Assembly (NCBI GenBank): GCA_051294375.1
Contig: JBJCIZ010000028.1
Location: 551,623 to 615,622, forward strand
DNA length: 64,000 bases
Source of the DNA: Paraspadella gotoi
Lineage: Eukaryota > Animalia > Chaetognatha
Direction: 5' to 3'
This document shows, one piece after another, positions 50,101-63,429 of the stretch. A program made the translations under genes and the position numbers. The notes beneath the pieces are model-generated. The model saw only the letters and a list, made by a program, of their open reading frames with translations. It was not told where the DNA came from and did no database searches. Numbering within the stretch: position 1 is the stretch's first letter; the number at the start of each line of letters is the position of its first letter.

Positions 50101-53100
50101 CTTCGCTGAGCGTGAGACCAAAATATCTCACAGTTAAAACTGGTTTTTGAAAGCGGGATACACGTTTGAGCTCTGAAGAGAAAAGTGAAAAAAAATACCG
50201 GACAAGCCGGAATTGGTTCGCTCTGATAATGAGCGCGGAATTTGCTTCATGAAAAATTAAAAAAAATTTCACAAAGGCAAATTTCGCCTAAAAGTAAGGC
50301 TCTCATCAGAGCGGAAACATGTCCATATTTTTTGCTTCACTTTTACATTTGTTTTTAAACAAGAAAAAAACTTTGTATCTAAAACTTACCAAACTACATA
50401 CAAAACGAAAGAAATACAATATAAAATCTATTTTTAATCAATAACCGCTGACTTCCCTCGTTATTTTGTTAAGTTAGTTGATATCGGTGAGGTTTTATTG
50501 TAGATTCCCAAACCTCAAAGTGGATCCACATCGCCTTTGAACTCTTCACATTTGATATAGTCTTTAAAATTCCGCGTTTTAAATGCTTTTAATTTGGAGA
50601 CGAATAATTTATTTGCCAACAAATTTATTATTAGAACGAACATTTTCAGCTCACAATTTAGCCTTCATTTTCAGCGTCAAATCTTTGTGAATTACAAATT
50701 TTTCTACAAACTTCTGGAAAACTTTACCCCCTCTCATCTCTCTTCCCCCTCCCTCTTCTTCTTTTGTGCCCAATTCATAAAATTAGTAAAATCAATAATT
50801 TATTTTAACTACTTATTTATACTCTTAAAGATTATTTGAATTTTGTACTTTTCATCATTTTTATTCAAAGTAGTTGAAATATTTGCTATGAATTGTTCTT
50901 ATTATTGTTATTAGCGAGGATAAATGGCGACCACCTCGAGGTTATTATAGATCAATTTACTAATAACAAATAAATATTAAAAAACATATATGAATATAAA
51001 CATAACAGTAAGTTATTGTTAACTTAAATTCAAAAGAATAGTATTAGAAAAATCTTTCAAAAATGCAATTATTTCATTTTTAAGTTTTGAAATAATTAAT
51101 GTAAGTATTTAATAATTTTAGTAATATACATATATACATATAATTTAATAAAAAATTAAAATATTTAGAACTATGTATAATAACCAGGAAAATAAGCTTA
51201 AAAATAACTAATTTAGTCTAGGAAACATTCTCGATATCGCGTCCGCCTCGCACGACAATGCCCTTTTGTTCGCGCTCATCGATAGATCGCGCGTTTATCA
51301 GAAGTAAGAAAAAACGAACAAAAATAACATCGAAGATGCAAAAAGAAAATCCAGGGGGAAGCCGTCACGTGACGGCCCTCGACCAATGGGCAGCCGGGCA
51401 AATCCCAAGCGGCTCCCCCTTCATCCGGGAATACGAAGCCTCAATTCTTTTTTCGACCTCATCTACTATCTCTTTCTGATTTCGCGTTATTTTCTTGACT
51501 TTTCACGCATTTTTCTCGTATATCTTACGTTCCGAAAACCCAGCCTCAAGAAGTCATCAAGTAGAGAAACGAACGTTCGGACAGGAAGTTCCGACAGCCG
51601 AAAAACGTCGACATGTCTCTAAACGTAGAGAGAGGACTGAGATTCCCTCGGGCTTGAGATCCAAAGAGACCAGAAGCGCGTCAAAATCTCGCCCCCGCTC
51701 TCTCTATATTCTCTCCCCACCTGACACCGCCTTCTCCACCCCTTTTTACGTGGTTTTCGGCAGGCCGATATCCGTCGGTTTTGGGGACTCGGCCCGACAA
51801 CCGACAATTTCCGTTTGCCGATATTCGACGTGGGCTGTCCGAGGCGGCTCTCTCTATAATGCCAAGGTCTGTCATCCCCCACTGTCCGGATGACTGACCA
51901 GAGGACTGGAGTTCTGTCCTTACGACGATGTTTCGTCACTGAACAGCTTTAGAAGGATTCGACGAATTTCGCCGCGGATCTCAGCGCGTTTTCGACGCTT
52001 GGCGGCGTAGTTTTTCCCGCCAGATGGCCTAGGGGGTTTATAGCTCGTCTTTTCAAAAACCCTGCCTCCCTCTTTTGTTTTCTCCTTTTATTTCTTTCTT
52101 TCCTGTTTCGAATTTATTCGATTTGAATTTTTAGAATTTCTATTTCGCTTCTGATTCGATCGAAAATAATTTTGTTGGAAATAACCGCTTTATCCTCCGC
52201 CTCTTGCAGGGGCATTTCGTGGCGAGGCGGACGCGAATATGAGAAATTGTTAATTCCTTTATGGGAATATTAAATTCTATATCGGTCCGCCTCGCCACGA
52301 TCCCACCGTCCGCCCTTGTCTCCTAACCATGTTTTTTTCGTGGCTTTGGCGTCGCTTTAGGAAAGGGGTTGGGAAGAGAAGGGAGGGGGGGCTGTCAAAG
52401 TTCGGGAGTTTTCTGTTAATTCTCGCGCTAATTTGTTTCCGCTTACGTTTTTTTACATGTGACGATTCCATATCGGTCCCGGTTTTTTTCTTTCACTACG
52501 GCTTCGCCTCGTTTGACGAGTCTTCGAATTCCTGTCCATGCTGTTCCGACTCCAGTAGGCGGCCCCTCTCAGATCGGGCGCCCCGCCTCGACCGTCACAC
52601 GGTCTCGCCTCTACCCAAGCGGTCATCAGATTCCCACACAGTCCGAGATCCGGACGCCAAGTTACTCTCCGATTCGGCGAGGAGGGAGAAGTTCGTCTCG
52701 GATACGACGTCGGCGTTTTCGACGGCTTCCTGCCCACGGAGCAGTCAGCGCCGGTTTCCAGGTTCGTTACATTATTAGTGGCGTTTTCTTCCTGCGAGGT
52801 GGAAGGGGTCTTCTCACGGCCAACTGAACTCGCTGGACGCCCCAGCGATCGAGAGTATACGCCACATGGACGGACGTCGCTTCTCCTCGGAGTTCACCGC
52901 TCCGACGCCGGACACGTGCCTCTCCAGCTCAAATCGAGTCGGCGTTTCCAAAGGGGCAATAACGCGGCTTACTCTCCGCTCCCTTCACGTGCGATGCAGG
53001 AAAGAACGGCAGCTCACAGCGCGCATGCCATCCTACTGTTGTCGATGAGCTGCGCGGAATCAAGGAGGCTCTCCGTTCCGGCTCGTCCAGAAATGAGGTC

Positions 53101-56100
53101 AGCGCTGGCGTCGACGCCCTTGTCCGCCCGCTTCGCACGCGGCTCTTATTCAAGCCGGCGTCCTCCAACCTTTCAGTGGCAGATCCGCCGCCAAAGTACT
53201 CGCTGCTGGCGCCGCCACCGCATCTCCTTATTTTGGGTATTCAGTAAGCGCAGTGCGAATCGGCACTCAATTCGAACGCTTCTACGAGACGTCGCTCGCG
53301 CCAAACCCGCTCCGACAAGCGCCCCTCATTTCCGCTCGAAAGTTTTCCTTCCAAGCTCAAGTGGACCAAGAAGTCCTTTCCCCGCAAGAAGTCGGGAGAC
53401 GGAAGGCCGGGATTCGCATCCCGAGCGCAATGACTCGAAACGCCCTCCCTCGCGGTCGCCGCCTCGTCCGACCGCCCAGGTTTATAGGCTGGATCCGCCC
53501 ATGGACTCGAGTCTCGACACAGGACCTTTCCACGCCGCGCGCTTCTTCCGGAAGTCCCTGTCGGAGGTCGCTTCGTCTCCTACAGCCCCTTTGCGGACGA
53601 CGCTCGTTGGCGAGACGTCGCCCATTCTCGATAACTTCTCCGGATTTCGCCTCGAGGGGGCGAAGCATTCCAGCACGCTTCCATCTTCCCCTCAGGACCG
53701 ACACCGTCTTTGGGGACCGAGACGCCTTGGTCGACAGCGGAGATTGTGGCGGCTTTGGGAGGAGGACGCACATCGAGGTAGTCCCGGTTCTCCGGGTTTC
53801 TTTCCATGTTTTTCCTCGTAGAAAGAAAGATGGAGGGGCTGGCGCCATCTTGAACTTAAAAGACTCAACTCTCGTTCCTTTCGCGCCTTATTTCCGGAGG
53901 AAGGACCCCGACTTTCGAAGGATGTTTTTTCACGAGGCTTTGGGGTGCCTCGGTAACCTCCGAGATGCTTCTCCTTCTCCCGATCCACGAGGATCATCGA
54001 AATTTTACCGCTTTGGAAGGCCGCCTCTACCAGCACCAAGACGACGAGCCCTTAGTGCTTTGGCCGCCCACTGAGATTAGGATGTCTTTTTTTCATTTAG
54101 ACGGCATCTTGATCCTGGTTCCTCGGCGGAAGTTTTGTCGACGAGCCACTCGCGAAGCGCATCCACCTCAGAGGTCGAGCTGTCTCCCTCTCAGACTTCG
54201 ATTTCCCGATTCGTTGGACAGCCTCCCCACTCCATCGCGCTCCAGAAGACGACAATTACGACTCTTCGCTCCCGCGGAGAATCTTTGCCAACGACCGCAC
54301 CACGTGCTCCGTCCAGTGCCTTTCAGCTCGCGCCTTTCGACGGCGGCGTCCTTGGCAGTACCGCTGCTACGCTGCAGTTTTCGAGGATTTCAACGAGACG
54401 CTTTCGTTCTACAGTCGAAGAAGGGCTCGACGCGTTGTTCCTCTCCACTCGCCGCGCATGGAGAGCTCGGTGGGATCGCACCATCTTCTCCAGACCAGTG
54501 CTTCGCTCCGCTCGACACCTCCTCCCGGAGGTCTGCACGCTGGAGGTGACGAACGGATGCTTCGTCGCAGGAATGGGGTTTCTCCATCAGGGCCAACTGT
54601 CGATGGGAACCTGGTCGACTGCGATGCCCCTCTCCTTTTTCTTTGTGAAGGAGTTCACAGTTTCACAGATTCGGACTTCCTTCCTCGGCGCGTCCATCCT
54701 TGGAGACGGTCAGCTTCGTCTCTCAATCTCCTGCCTTCGTCGAGGCGACAGCAGGATGTCAATCTCTCTTCGGAGGAGATTCTCATCACGGTCGCGGCGT
54801 CGAGGAGGGCGCATAGGGCGGACTGGGAAATCCTTAGCGAGAGTTTTCCGCCAGAAGGTCGACATTTTCGCGTCTCCAGCATCTTTTTTCGCGCGACTCC
54901 CCGGTCGGCTCAAGTTCCCACGTTTTTCTCGCCTGGGAGGCCGACGCTGCGAGGCGGAGGGATAGACGACTTGGCGCAGCCGCTGGTCTTCGGAACCTGG
55001 CCTCTCTCTCCCTCCCCCTCCTCTGCCTGATGATGGTGATCCGCAAGCTAGAGAAGGCGAGGGGCTCCCTTCTCCTGCATCATCCCGTTTGGCCGACTCA
55101 GAAGTGGTTCCAGAGCTTCCTTTTCCTTCGGTTTGGACGCGAGGCGCCTTTCCGGCGCCCGGAAAACAATCGTCGGACCTCGTTCCGACTATCCGCCTCC
55201 TTTCATCTGGCTAGACTCTAGCCTCCCTCGGCGACATTTATCAAGGCGCCGGCGTTGACTTATTCACGTTGGGAGCAGCGGATCACTTCACGGCTCGTCG
55301 TCTGCGGAGGTTTTTTAGTGCGGTGGGCCACAACCCTCCGACATCGACGACCTCACCTTCTCCGTCATCGTCGGAGCAGCTGGAGATGGCTCTACCAGAG
55401 AGTGCTACGCCAGAGCTTGAGCTCCTTCTAGCGCCCCCTTCAGGATAGGGAGGTCGAGATCTCAAGCCTCTCTAGAGGTATGTTCTCACGATATCTCGGT
55501 TTCTGTGCGAGAAGGCCTTCTCGTACAGCACGTTCACCTTCACAGGTCGGCCATTCAGCTGCCTCCGCCCCCTGGCGGGAGCGCGGTTGGAGAGTCATCT
55601 TTGGTCCTGCGCCTTCTCAAGGATTCTCGAGAGACGCCCTCCCTCACGGTCGGACTTTCCCACACGTGGAATGGCCTCGGTTTCACGCATTCTCGACTCG
55701 CGCCCATTGCCATCACGCGAGGGATCTTCTAGACGCTCGCCTCCTTCTACGTCGCTTTAGCGTCAGCTCGTCGCCATCCAGAATCGTCTCTCTTCGTTGC
55801 GAACGCGGGCTATCTTTCCTTAGCGGCAGTTCACGTTCGTCTGGTCCGATCGACGCTCTCGGAACTGGACGGACAGGGTCGGACACATGGGGTCCGGCGT
55901 TCGTCTGGTTTCGCTGCCAACTTTCGAACCGCTTGCCGCGTTCAGGCGCTGCGCCTTTGGCTCTCTCCGTTCGGATTTGGCGCCGCCACACGATTTTCTT
56001 TTCTGTCTCCCCGCGCCGCCTTTCGTCAACTCTCGACGCGAGCGTTTCGCCTCCCTTCTCAGGAGCCTTTTCTGAGGCGGACGTTTCCGCGTCCCCGGGT

Positions 56101-58570
56101 CGACGCGCGCTATGGCGGTCTCGGACGCCTTTGCCCTGCGGAGTGGATTCGGCGTCATCTTCTGCGTATCCTTTTCGCGCGGGGAGATTGGTCTGGCGCG
56201 CAACCTTCTTCCGTTCTACTGCAGGCACGTCGCGTTGAGCACCTCTCCGGGTTTTTCTAGGGACGATTGAGGCTTCGTATGTTCCCGGATGAGGGAGGAG
56301 CCGGCTGGGATTTGCCCGGGCTCCCATTGGTCGAGGCCGGCACGTGACGGCTTACCCCTGGATTTTCCTTTTTTTGCATCTTTCGATGTTATTTGTCGTT
56401 TTTCTACTCTGATAAACGCGCGATCTATCGACTACGCGAACAAAAGGGCATTCGCTGGCGAGGCGGACGATATAGGAATTTTAATTGTTCCATAAAGAAT
56501 TAAAATTTATTCAAAAAAACAACAGCTATTTTGAACCGGAAGTGGTACGCCACATAAAGTGGCGTGAAAGTCCATAAATCAACAACCTGAAACATTTTCA
56601 TTGTGCATATTCGTTTTTTCACTAAAATTGGCAATAAGAACTTTGCGAGAACCACCAAACTTTCTAAAGTAGGAATTTTTGGGAGCCCTACTACAATTTA
56701 AAAACGTGTGTGTGTGATAGGGCAGGTTGTATGCAGGATAGATTTATTGTTTGACAGAGCGTAGAGACTATACGCGACAAAGAAACTGACATTTAACCAA
56801 GTCAGGTTTCTGACCTTTAACCGACCTTACCTTTTCACTATTTTATAGCGTTCTCACGTTATTTCTACTTACCAATTGTTTTCGTTTTAATCTTACCTCG
56901 TTACCTGAATGATTTCGATCATTACATGTCTTATCAAAAAACCGAAAACAACTCGATATTTTTCTCTCTGAAAATCAACAAAGTCAGATCCCAAAGTGTT
57001 GAATCTTTTCTCACTCTATTTCCACAAGGCAACACCAACATCCCTCTCTCCATTATATCATCAAATCTAATAATAATTTACTCGAATACTTTGGAATTAA
57101 ATTTAATTTAGTTTGTAATACAGTTTTTGGTAATACAATTCTCCTCCAAGATTCTCCTCGTCGATTCCCAACGACGATTCTCCTTCGACGGCGTCCTCCT
57201 TCACAACGCCGTCTCCTCCTCGATGCCGATCACCTTCGCCGTCTCGGCTCGCTCCTCGACGTCTATCGGCGACATTCCACCCACCGGCGCCGACGCCGTC
57301 CCGCGGCGTCACCGTCTCCAAATGCATCGGATTCGATCCCGGTCGACGGCTCGACTCTTTGGAGTCAATTGTTGGCCTCCGGTCGATTGGAAGGATCCGA
57401 AGGGCGAGTGGAGGGGAGAAGGGAGTATCGGAGGAGTGGATGGATGATCTTAATACGGATCTTTTCTCATCTTTATTTCGCCGTCTGAATTTGTAATTGT
57501 GCTAATGATGTCCTCTAACGAGATGAAACTAGAGGAATTTTATATATTAATGTTGTGAGGACATAAACTCTCGCTGGAATTTGTTACTTTTTATTAATCA
57601 ATATTTTTTTAATATTTTAATCATAATCATCGAGCATAGCCACCTTCTCCCAATTTTTAAACCTTTTATCTTTTAATCTCAGGCCATCATCTCGCCTGCC
57701 GCCGTCGCCGCTCAACTCCGACTCTCCTCTTCGCCGAATCAAACGAGATCGAGTTCTGTTTGGCCTGGGACATGCCCAAAGTTCAGGTTTGGCCTGGGAC
57801 TTTGTTTGATTGGGTCTGGGACATGCCCAAAGTTCAGGTGTGAGGAGCTAAAATGGGTCCATGCCCAAAGTTCAGTTGTGAAGAGCTAAAAGGGGGTCCA
57901 GCCCAAAGTCGATGCCCAAAGTTCAGGTGTGAAGAGCTAAAAGGGGTCCATGCCTTAAGATCGCGAAAGAAATCGGTTACACTCTCTCGAGTCACGATAT
58001 CTCGATTTTAACACGTGACTGTCTAACTATTATTTGTCAACACACTTTACTGTGTCCTACAATAGTTTCCCCTTACCTTCCCCTTCCCCTCCCCCCCAGT
58101 TTGGCGGAAAAGGCCTCACCCATTCCCGACGCTACACCCGCTGGTTCTCCGGCCCCGAGGCGCCCGTCGAACTCACCCGTCGCGCCTTCGAGTGTCGACG
58201 GCGTTGGGAGGCGGCGATCGAGGATTGGCAGCGGCCCGTCCTCGAGGACGCCTCGCTCCCGACTTGGTTCAAGTCCGCCGTCTTCAACGAACTCTACTTC
58301 ATCGCGGGTGAGGATTCTTCCGTGGGTAAGGATTCGTCGAGAGATCAGAAACTTACCTCCTTTTTTTTTCGATTCGGATCAGACGGCGGGACGGTTTGGC
58401 TCGAGACCGAGTCGGTTCCATTCATGACGGAGGGTAAGGAGAAAGGGAAGAAGCTGGACGACGTGCGAAAGGATTTTGGTCGGTTCGGGTAAGTTAAGTT
58501 AGGCTTTAGTTAAGTCTTATGAATCATTTCTTTTTGTATTTGGGAAAGGGGAAATAGTAATTTCTCTCTC

Positions 58571-58620
<50 letters not shown>

Positions 58621-61459
58621 ACCTGGAAGGCCACGAGTACCGCATGTACAACACCTACGACGTCCACTTTTACGCCTCCTTCGCCCTCGCCTCTCTCTGG
58701 CCCAACCTCCAACTCTCCCTCAACTACGACTTCGGCGACACGATCGACTTCGAGGACGCCCTCGACTGTAAGGCTTTGGCCACGGGCGACGTCGGACCCG
58801 TCAAGGCTTTGCACAGCGTTCCCCACGATTTGGGGAACCCTTCTGGTGAGCGGAAGATGTATAATATTATTATAATAATAATAATAATATAATAGTAATT
58901 TAGCGAAAGGATGAGATTTAAAAACGACGTTAATGAATAATATATTTTTACATATTGATCCCTCTAATTTGCATATTGAAATGGTCGTTATCAAATTAAA
59001 TTTAAAGTTTTTAACGCTGATAATAACAAAACTTCGTGGGGTGATTAAAAGTTAAGTTTTCGAGACATTTAATTGATCGGAATCTCTGAAAAAAAATTTC
59101 AATTGTATCGTTATTAACAATTTAAATAATATGACCTCCCGTCTTTTTACACCTCCACTACCTACTCTCCGCAGACGAACCCTGGGTCCGCACCAATTGT
59201 TACAACATGCACCTGACCCAAGATTGGAGAGATTTGAATCTCAAGTTTGTCCTCCAATGTTATCGCGACTTCGCCCTCACTCGAAACGAAACGTACATCA
59301 AAGTAAGTTAATTAAACAATCAAACTAACCCAGAAAAAGGTCCAACCCATTCTCCCTTTTGTTATACCAGGACATGTGGCCCAAGATGGAGTTGGTGATG
59401 TCGAAGGCGCTGGAGACGCAGGACAAAGACGGCGACGGGATGATCGAGAATTCGGGTCAGGCCGATCAGACCTACGACGCTTGGAAGGTCGAGGGCGTCT
59501 CCAGCTACTGCGGCGGATTGTGGTAACGATTGGATTGGAAACCATTAATAACTCTTAAAAAAAACCCCGACACTGGCAATCATAATAATATCACGTGATC
59601 TGAATAAAAGGAAAAGGGGTTGATATAAATTAATACGTAATGGTAATCAATTAAAATTATTTAGAGTATAAACCAATGCTTTATTAAACAAGCCGCGAAT
59701 AGGAGACGTTGACAGTTTTAGTGGTTATCAAGAATTTGAGTCCAACGCGGGGTCGAGTAAGCGACTCTCTCTTCTTTTCTCTTCTCATTTCTTTTCTCTT
59801 AACAGTTTTAAATTATTACTACTAAATATCAATAGTTATAGTAATTTTCTTTTCCCAAGGCTGGCGAGCCTCCGAGTCTGCGTCGAGCTCCTCTCCTCTT
59901 CCTCCCTCTCTCTCTTCGCTACGGAAGAAGAGAGACTGGAAAGGTTGGCCTTCTATCGTGATCTCATGAAGAAGGTAAATTTAAAAAAATGTTCAATGAA
60001 AATGACAAGTTTTTTTAACAAATGTTATTAGTTAATAAAAGTTTGGTTATCTTGTATCTTGTAAGAGAAAAGGGAGGTCTCAAACACACCATAGCCGTTC
60101 AAAAGTCGGGGTCAATATATCTAATTTGCATATTGTTGGTGTTTAGATTATTTCTCGTGTCTTTTGATAGTGAATAATTATATTGGTTCTACCAATTTCC
60201 AAAAAAAAAAAAAAAAATACTGAGTCGCTTTTCTTATTTAGGCGTCCGTCGTTTACGAGGCTAAACTTTGGAACGGAACTTACTTTAATTACGACTCCTC
60301 ATCTTCGCCTTATCACGATTCCATCATGGCGGATCAGCTCTGCGGTGAGTGGTGGGAGATGGTACAAAGTACAAAATCTATTTCATTCTGTTCAAAATTA
60401 TATTTTATTTCTTTCTCTCAGGCTGGTTTTATCTCATTGCCTCCGGGCTGGAGACCGAGTCGCCCTTCAACGAGGAACACGCCTTGCAAGCTCTCGACCT
60501 CATTTATAGAACCAACGTTCTCAAGTTAGTGAATTGGTTTCCGTTCCCTTAGTTAATCAATCTTTTTTAAAGTAATTTTTCTTCCCCGGCGCCCTTCAAC
60601 AGGGTTTGTCGCTTGAGAAGGCCCATCTGAAAAGTCCCGGGCCTTTTCAAAATTTTGACCCATTTTACAAAAATTGAACTTTTCAAGATACATGGACGGT
60701 TCCTGCGGCGCCGTTAACGGGATGCGCCCCGAAGGCGTTGTCGACATTTCGTCCCCTCAGTCGGAGGAAGTCTGGACGGGCGTGACCTACGCTCTGGCGG
60801 CACTCATGATTCGGAAGGGGATGATCGCGGAAGGGTTCGAGACGGCCAAGGTATGAGGTCGAACTTAGAATGGGGACGGAATAAATCCTTTCCTCTTAAA
60901 TGTCTTATTTTTTACATAGCGACGAAAGCTTGACATATTTTAAGATTTAGATCTCTCTTTCCTTATATACATATATGTTCTATATAGATTAATTCCCAAA
61001 CCTTTGCCTAGAAAATCTAATCGTCCCGGTTTCGGATTTCTAACCGAGACGAGATTCCATTTAGAACGATTTTGAAATCGTCTCTCTTGCGTATTAAATA
61101 GCGTAAAGAAAAGATTTCATGGATTGCTACTTTATGCAAATGAGAACAAGAGGAAGTCGATGGTTTTCAGGAATTTTTGTACCTTCCTTAAAGTCGTGCC
61201 CCTTTTTCTTGACTTACAGGGAATGTACCAAACTCTTTGGGAGGAGACTGGTCTCCAATTCCAGACGCCGGAAGCTTTCATGAAACATCGCAAGATGTTT
61301 CGGTCTCTGGGCTACATGAGACCCTTGGCGATTTGGGCCATGAAGACCGCGTGGGACGCCGTCAAAGAACGACCATCCGGAGGCGGCCGTGCGGAAGGCG
61401 GCGGCGGCGGCGGCGACGGCGGCGGCGGCGGCGACGACTACGATTGCGTTTCGTCCTAA
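35139..61459 (+). CDS. GBA2: Non-lysosomal glucosylceramidase (GH116); exons 5-8 also present as a garbled duplicate at about 37748-48138
   Basis: Motifs [58 protein letters not shown] (48917-49004), [40 protein letters not shown] (nucleophile region), ADQTYDAW (acid/base region), [11 protein letters not shown] and [23 protein letters not shown]. About 17 exons. Confidence 0.93.
38845..39043. repeat. MITE-like inverted repeat: ~60-bp arms, TGT...ACA ends, ~70-bp spacer (second copy 49933-50132)
   Basis: tgtgagatattttggtctcacgc..gaagg.aaaacattc.aacgttgcc.gtt.ccga, with its reverse complement ending ...aatatctcaca. No clear TSD. Confidence 0.65.
40140..45545 (+). mobile_element. DIRS1-like tyrosine-recombinase retrotransposon in GBA2 intron 5 (gag-like, RT, RNase H, MTase-like, YR); frameshifted in this assembly
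   Basis: Inverted terminal repeats at 40140-~40358 and ~45307-45545, ending in TTT. RT start PVGGRL, then [13 protein letters not shown] and D(L)RDA..PIHEDH. RNase [12 protein letters not shown]. MTase-like VDIFAS..GIDALAQP. YR box [13 protein letters not shown] and box II STR...W...FYCRDV. ICR at 41121-41212. Confidence 0.88.
41121..41212 (+). repeat. DIRS internal complementary region (ICR)
   Basis: The left half is the reverse complement of the element's 5' end and the right half is the reverse complement of its 3' end, joined through AAA (the TTT circle junction). Confidence 0.85.
51228..56508 (+). mobile_element. Second copy of the same DIRS element (part of the block duplication)
   Basis: Same flanks, ITRs and ICR (~52209-52300). 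The first ~1.2 kb is essentially identical to 40140-41390; the rest differs by dense indels. Confidence 0.85.
57765..57955 (+). repeat. Short tandem repeats of the GBA2 exon-7 3' end and donor (atgcccaaagttcag|gt), 4-5 copies
   Basis: Copies near 57772, 57822, 57861, 57901 (partial) and 57912. Confidence 0.8.
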
Positions 61460-61837
61460 AGCCCTTAGTCTACACCATCTGCGTGTAGTAATATTTTTTT
61501 CATTTTTAACCCCCAAAAATGTTTTGCCATATGATGCAACGGCATTCCAACTAGTTATCAAATTTTACAACGACATTATGAAAAAAAAAAAAAAAAAACA
61601 GTCACGTATTTTTACACTTTGCCTTTTTGTATTTTATGCAGCCTCGAGTCGTCGATCGATTTTTTTTTTTTTTTTAGATTTAGAATTTTTTTACTCGAAG
61701 TATGATAAAATGAAGTTCGATTAAAACCTTGCGGATTTTTCGGAAATATACGTTTTCTTTTTACCATTTTTTATTCGTTTCTATACAGTTGTTGCGATTT
61801 CTTATTTATGTTGAATCGTTAATACAAACAAACAAAC

Positions 61838-62281
61838 ATGGTTCACATCGTGGGGGGCAGCGTCGTAACCGAACGCAGCCCCTGGCGACTCTCCATCATC
61901 CCCGAATTATTTTGGGGAACACTTAATTTCTTCTACTTTTTTTTCGAGGTAATTTATATATAAATATCGCGACTTTTTCCTAATAATTATTGATATTACT
62001 TTATTTTAATGTTGTTTTTTTTTTCCGTAGTCGATGGTCGGACCCCTCTTTCAGCAGGGATCAAACTCTAGAACGAGCTACGGACGACCGGGCAGCGGAC
62101 AAGCTCCGCCTAGGCCGCCAGGTTTGGTCGAAAAGCGCAAGTTTTATATATTATATTTATAAATATTTAGTTTTAATATTCCTACTTTTTTTTTCTAGGC
62201 GGCGGCCGATTCCGCGGCTTCGGCGGCCGCGGCGGCGGCGGACCGTCTCCTCCGCCGATGGCCGGCGGCGGGTGAGGTTAA
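61838..62281 (+). CDS. SELENOK: Selenoprotein K with UGA selenocysteine at the penultimate codon
   Basis: Exons 61838-61948, 62031-62121, 62199-62281 give MVHIVGGSVVTERSPWRLSIIPELFWGTLNFFYFFFESMV...GRFRGFGGRGGGGPSPPPMAGGG-U-G-stop (TGA 62273-62275, TAA 62279-62281). This matches the SelK SPWRLS..FWG and PSPPPMAGGUG signatures. Confidence 0.92.
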
Positions 62282-62476
62282 GCGGCCGCTTCACTCACCT
62301 CCGACTCGCGGCGCCTCCGATCTCTGGAATTTCCTCGGGATCCTTTTCGAGGCTTTAAATTTCCGCGCGCCCGTGAGAGAGAGAGTGAAGCGGCTCGTTA
62401 TGATATCCCGTAAAAAGCCACACACCCCCCTCCATCGCCCCACCTCCACCCTTCGAAAATCGTCGAAAGAACGACG

Positions 62477-62910
62477 ATATCTCGATCCCCTTTTCCCTAA
62501 AGACCGACTCGACTCTCGACGCTTAGCCATCGTCTTATCAATATCTCGATCCCCTTTTCCCTAAAGACGACTCGACTCTCGACGCTTAGCCATCGTCTTA
62601 TCAATATCTCGATCCCCTTTTCCCTAAAGACCGACTCGACTCTCGACGCTTAGCCATCGTCTTATCAATATCTCGATCCCCTTTTCCCTAAAGACCGACT
62701 CGACTCTCGACGCTTAGCCATCGTCTTATCAATATCTCGATCCCCTTTTCCAAAGACCGACTCGACTGACGCTTAGCCATCGTCTTATCAATATCTCGAT
62801 CCCTTTTCCCTAAAGACCGACTCGACTCTGCTCTGCCATCGTATTCAATATCTCGATCCCCTTTTCCCTAAAGACCGACTCGACTCTCGACGCGTCGCCA
62901 TCGTCTCAAT
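62477..62910 (+). repeat. 64-bp minisatellite, ~7 copies, downstream of the SELENOK stop codon
   Basis: Unit atatctcgatccccttttccctaaagaccgactcgactctcgacgcttagccatcgtcttatca. Confidence 0.92.
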
Positions 62911-62951
62911 TCTCTCGTCTTCGAGTTTTTTTTAAAAAGAAGGGGAAAAAA

Positions 62952-63032
62952 ATTCGCAACTTGAGAATCCATGACGAAATTCTGGAAAAATCTTTCGTCG
63001 AAGATCCAGAGTTTCCGATTCCGGACGCGAAG
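62952..63032 (+). promoter_or_regulatory. Eukaryotic SECIS element (form 2) for SELENOK
   Basis: ATGA core at ~62971; helix II gaaattctgg/ccagagtttc; unpaired AAA; apical mini-stem atcttt-cgtc-gaagat; 3' GA at ~63017; lower helix ttcgc/gcgaa. Confidence 0.88.
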
Positions 63033-63429
63033 CGAACGCGGACGAGCAACTGGGAGAGTAAAAAAAAAAGTACTGATATTTAACCACTGAATAGACTGCA
63101 GAGAGAGAGGTTGTCGAAATCATTTTTTTAAAAATATATATCTGTACTAGTCCGTTGATGCCTTTTTATCTGATACGACTGTTTTGACTTTTTCGCGTTA
63201 TATACGTATGAACCTACATGTTCGCATAAAATCGCGTTTCTGTCTTTAATTCGTCCCCGGGAAATATGAATGAATAATCTCGTATTTATACAAAATGTTT
63301 AGGCATATTTACAAATTTGGGTAGTTATTTGACAATTTGTTGACATTCGAATCGAGTCATGACTGCAACGACTGGAAAGAAACCTCGTTGCTTAATCGTC
63401 CCTCTTGACGTTCGAAACTCTCCACGGCG

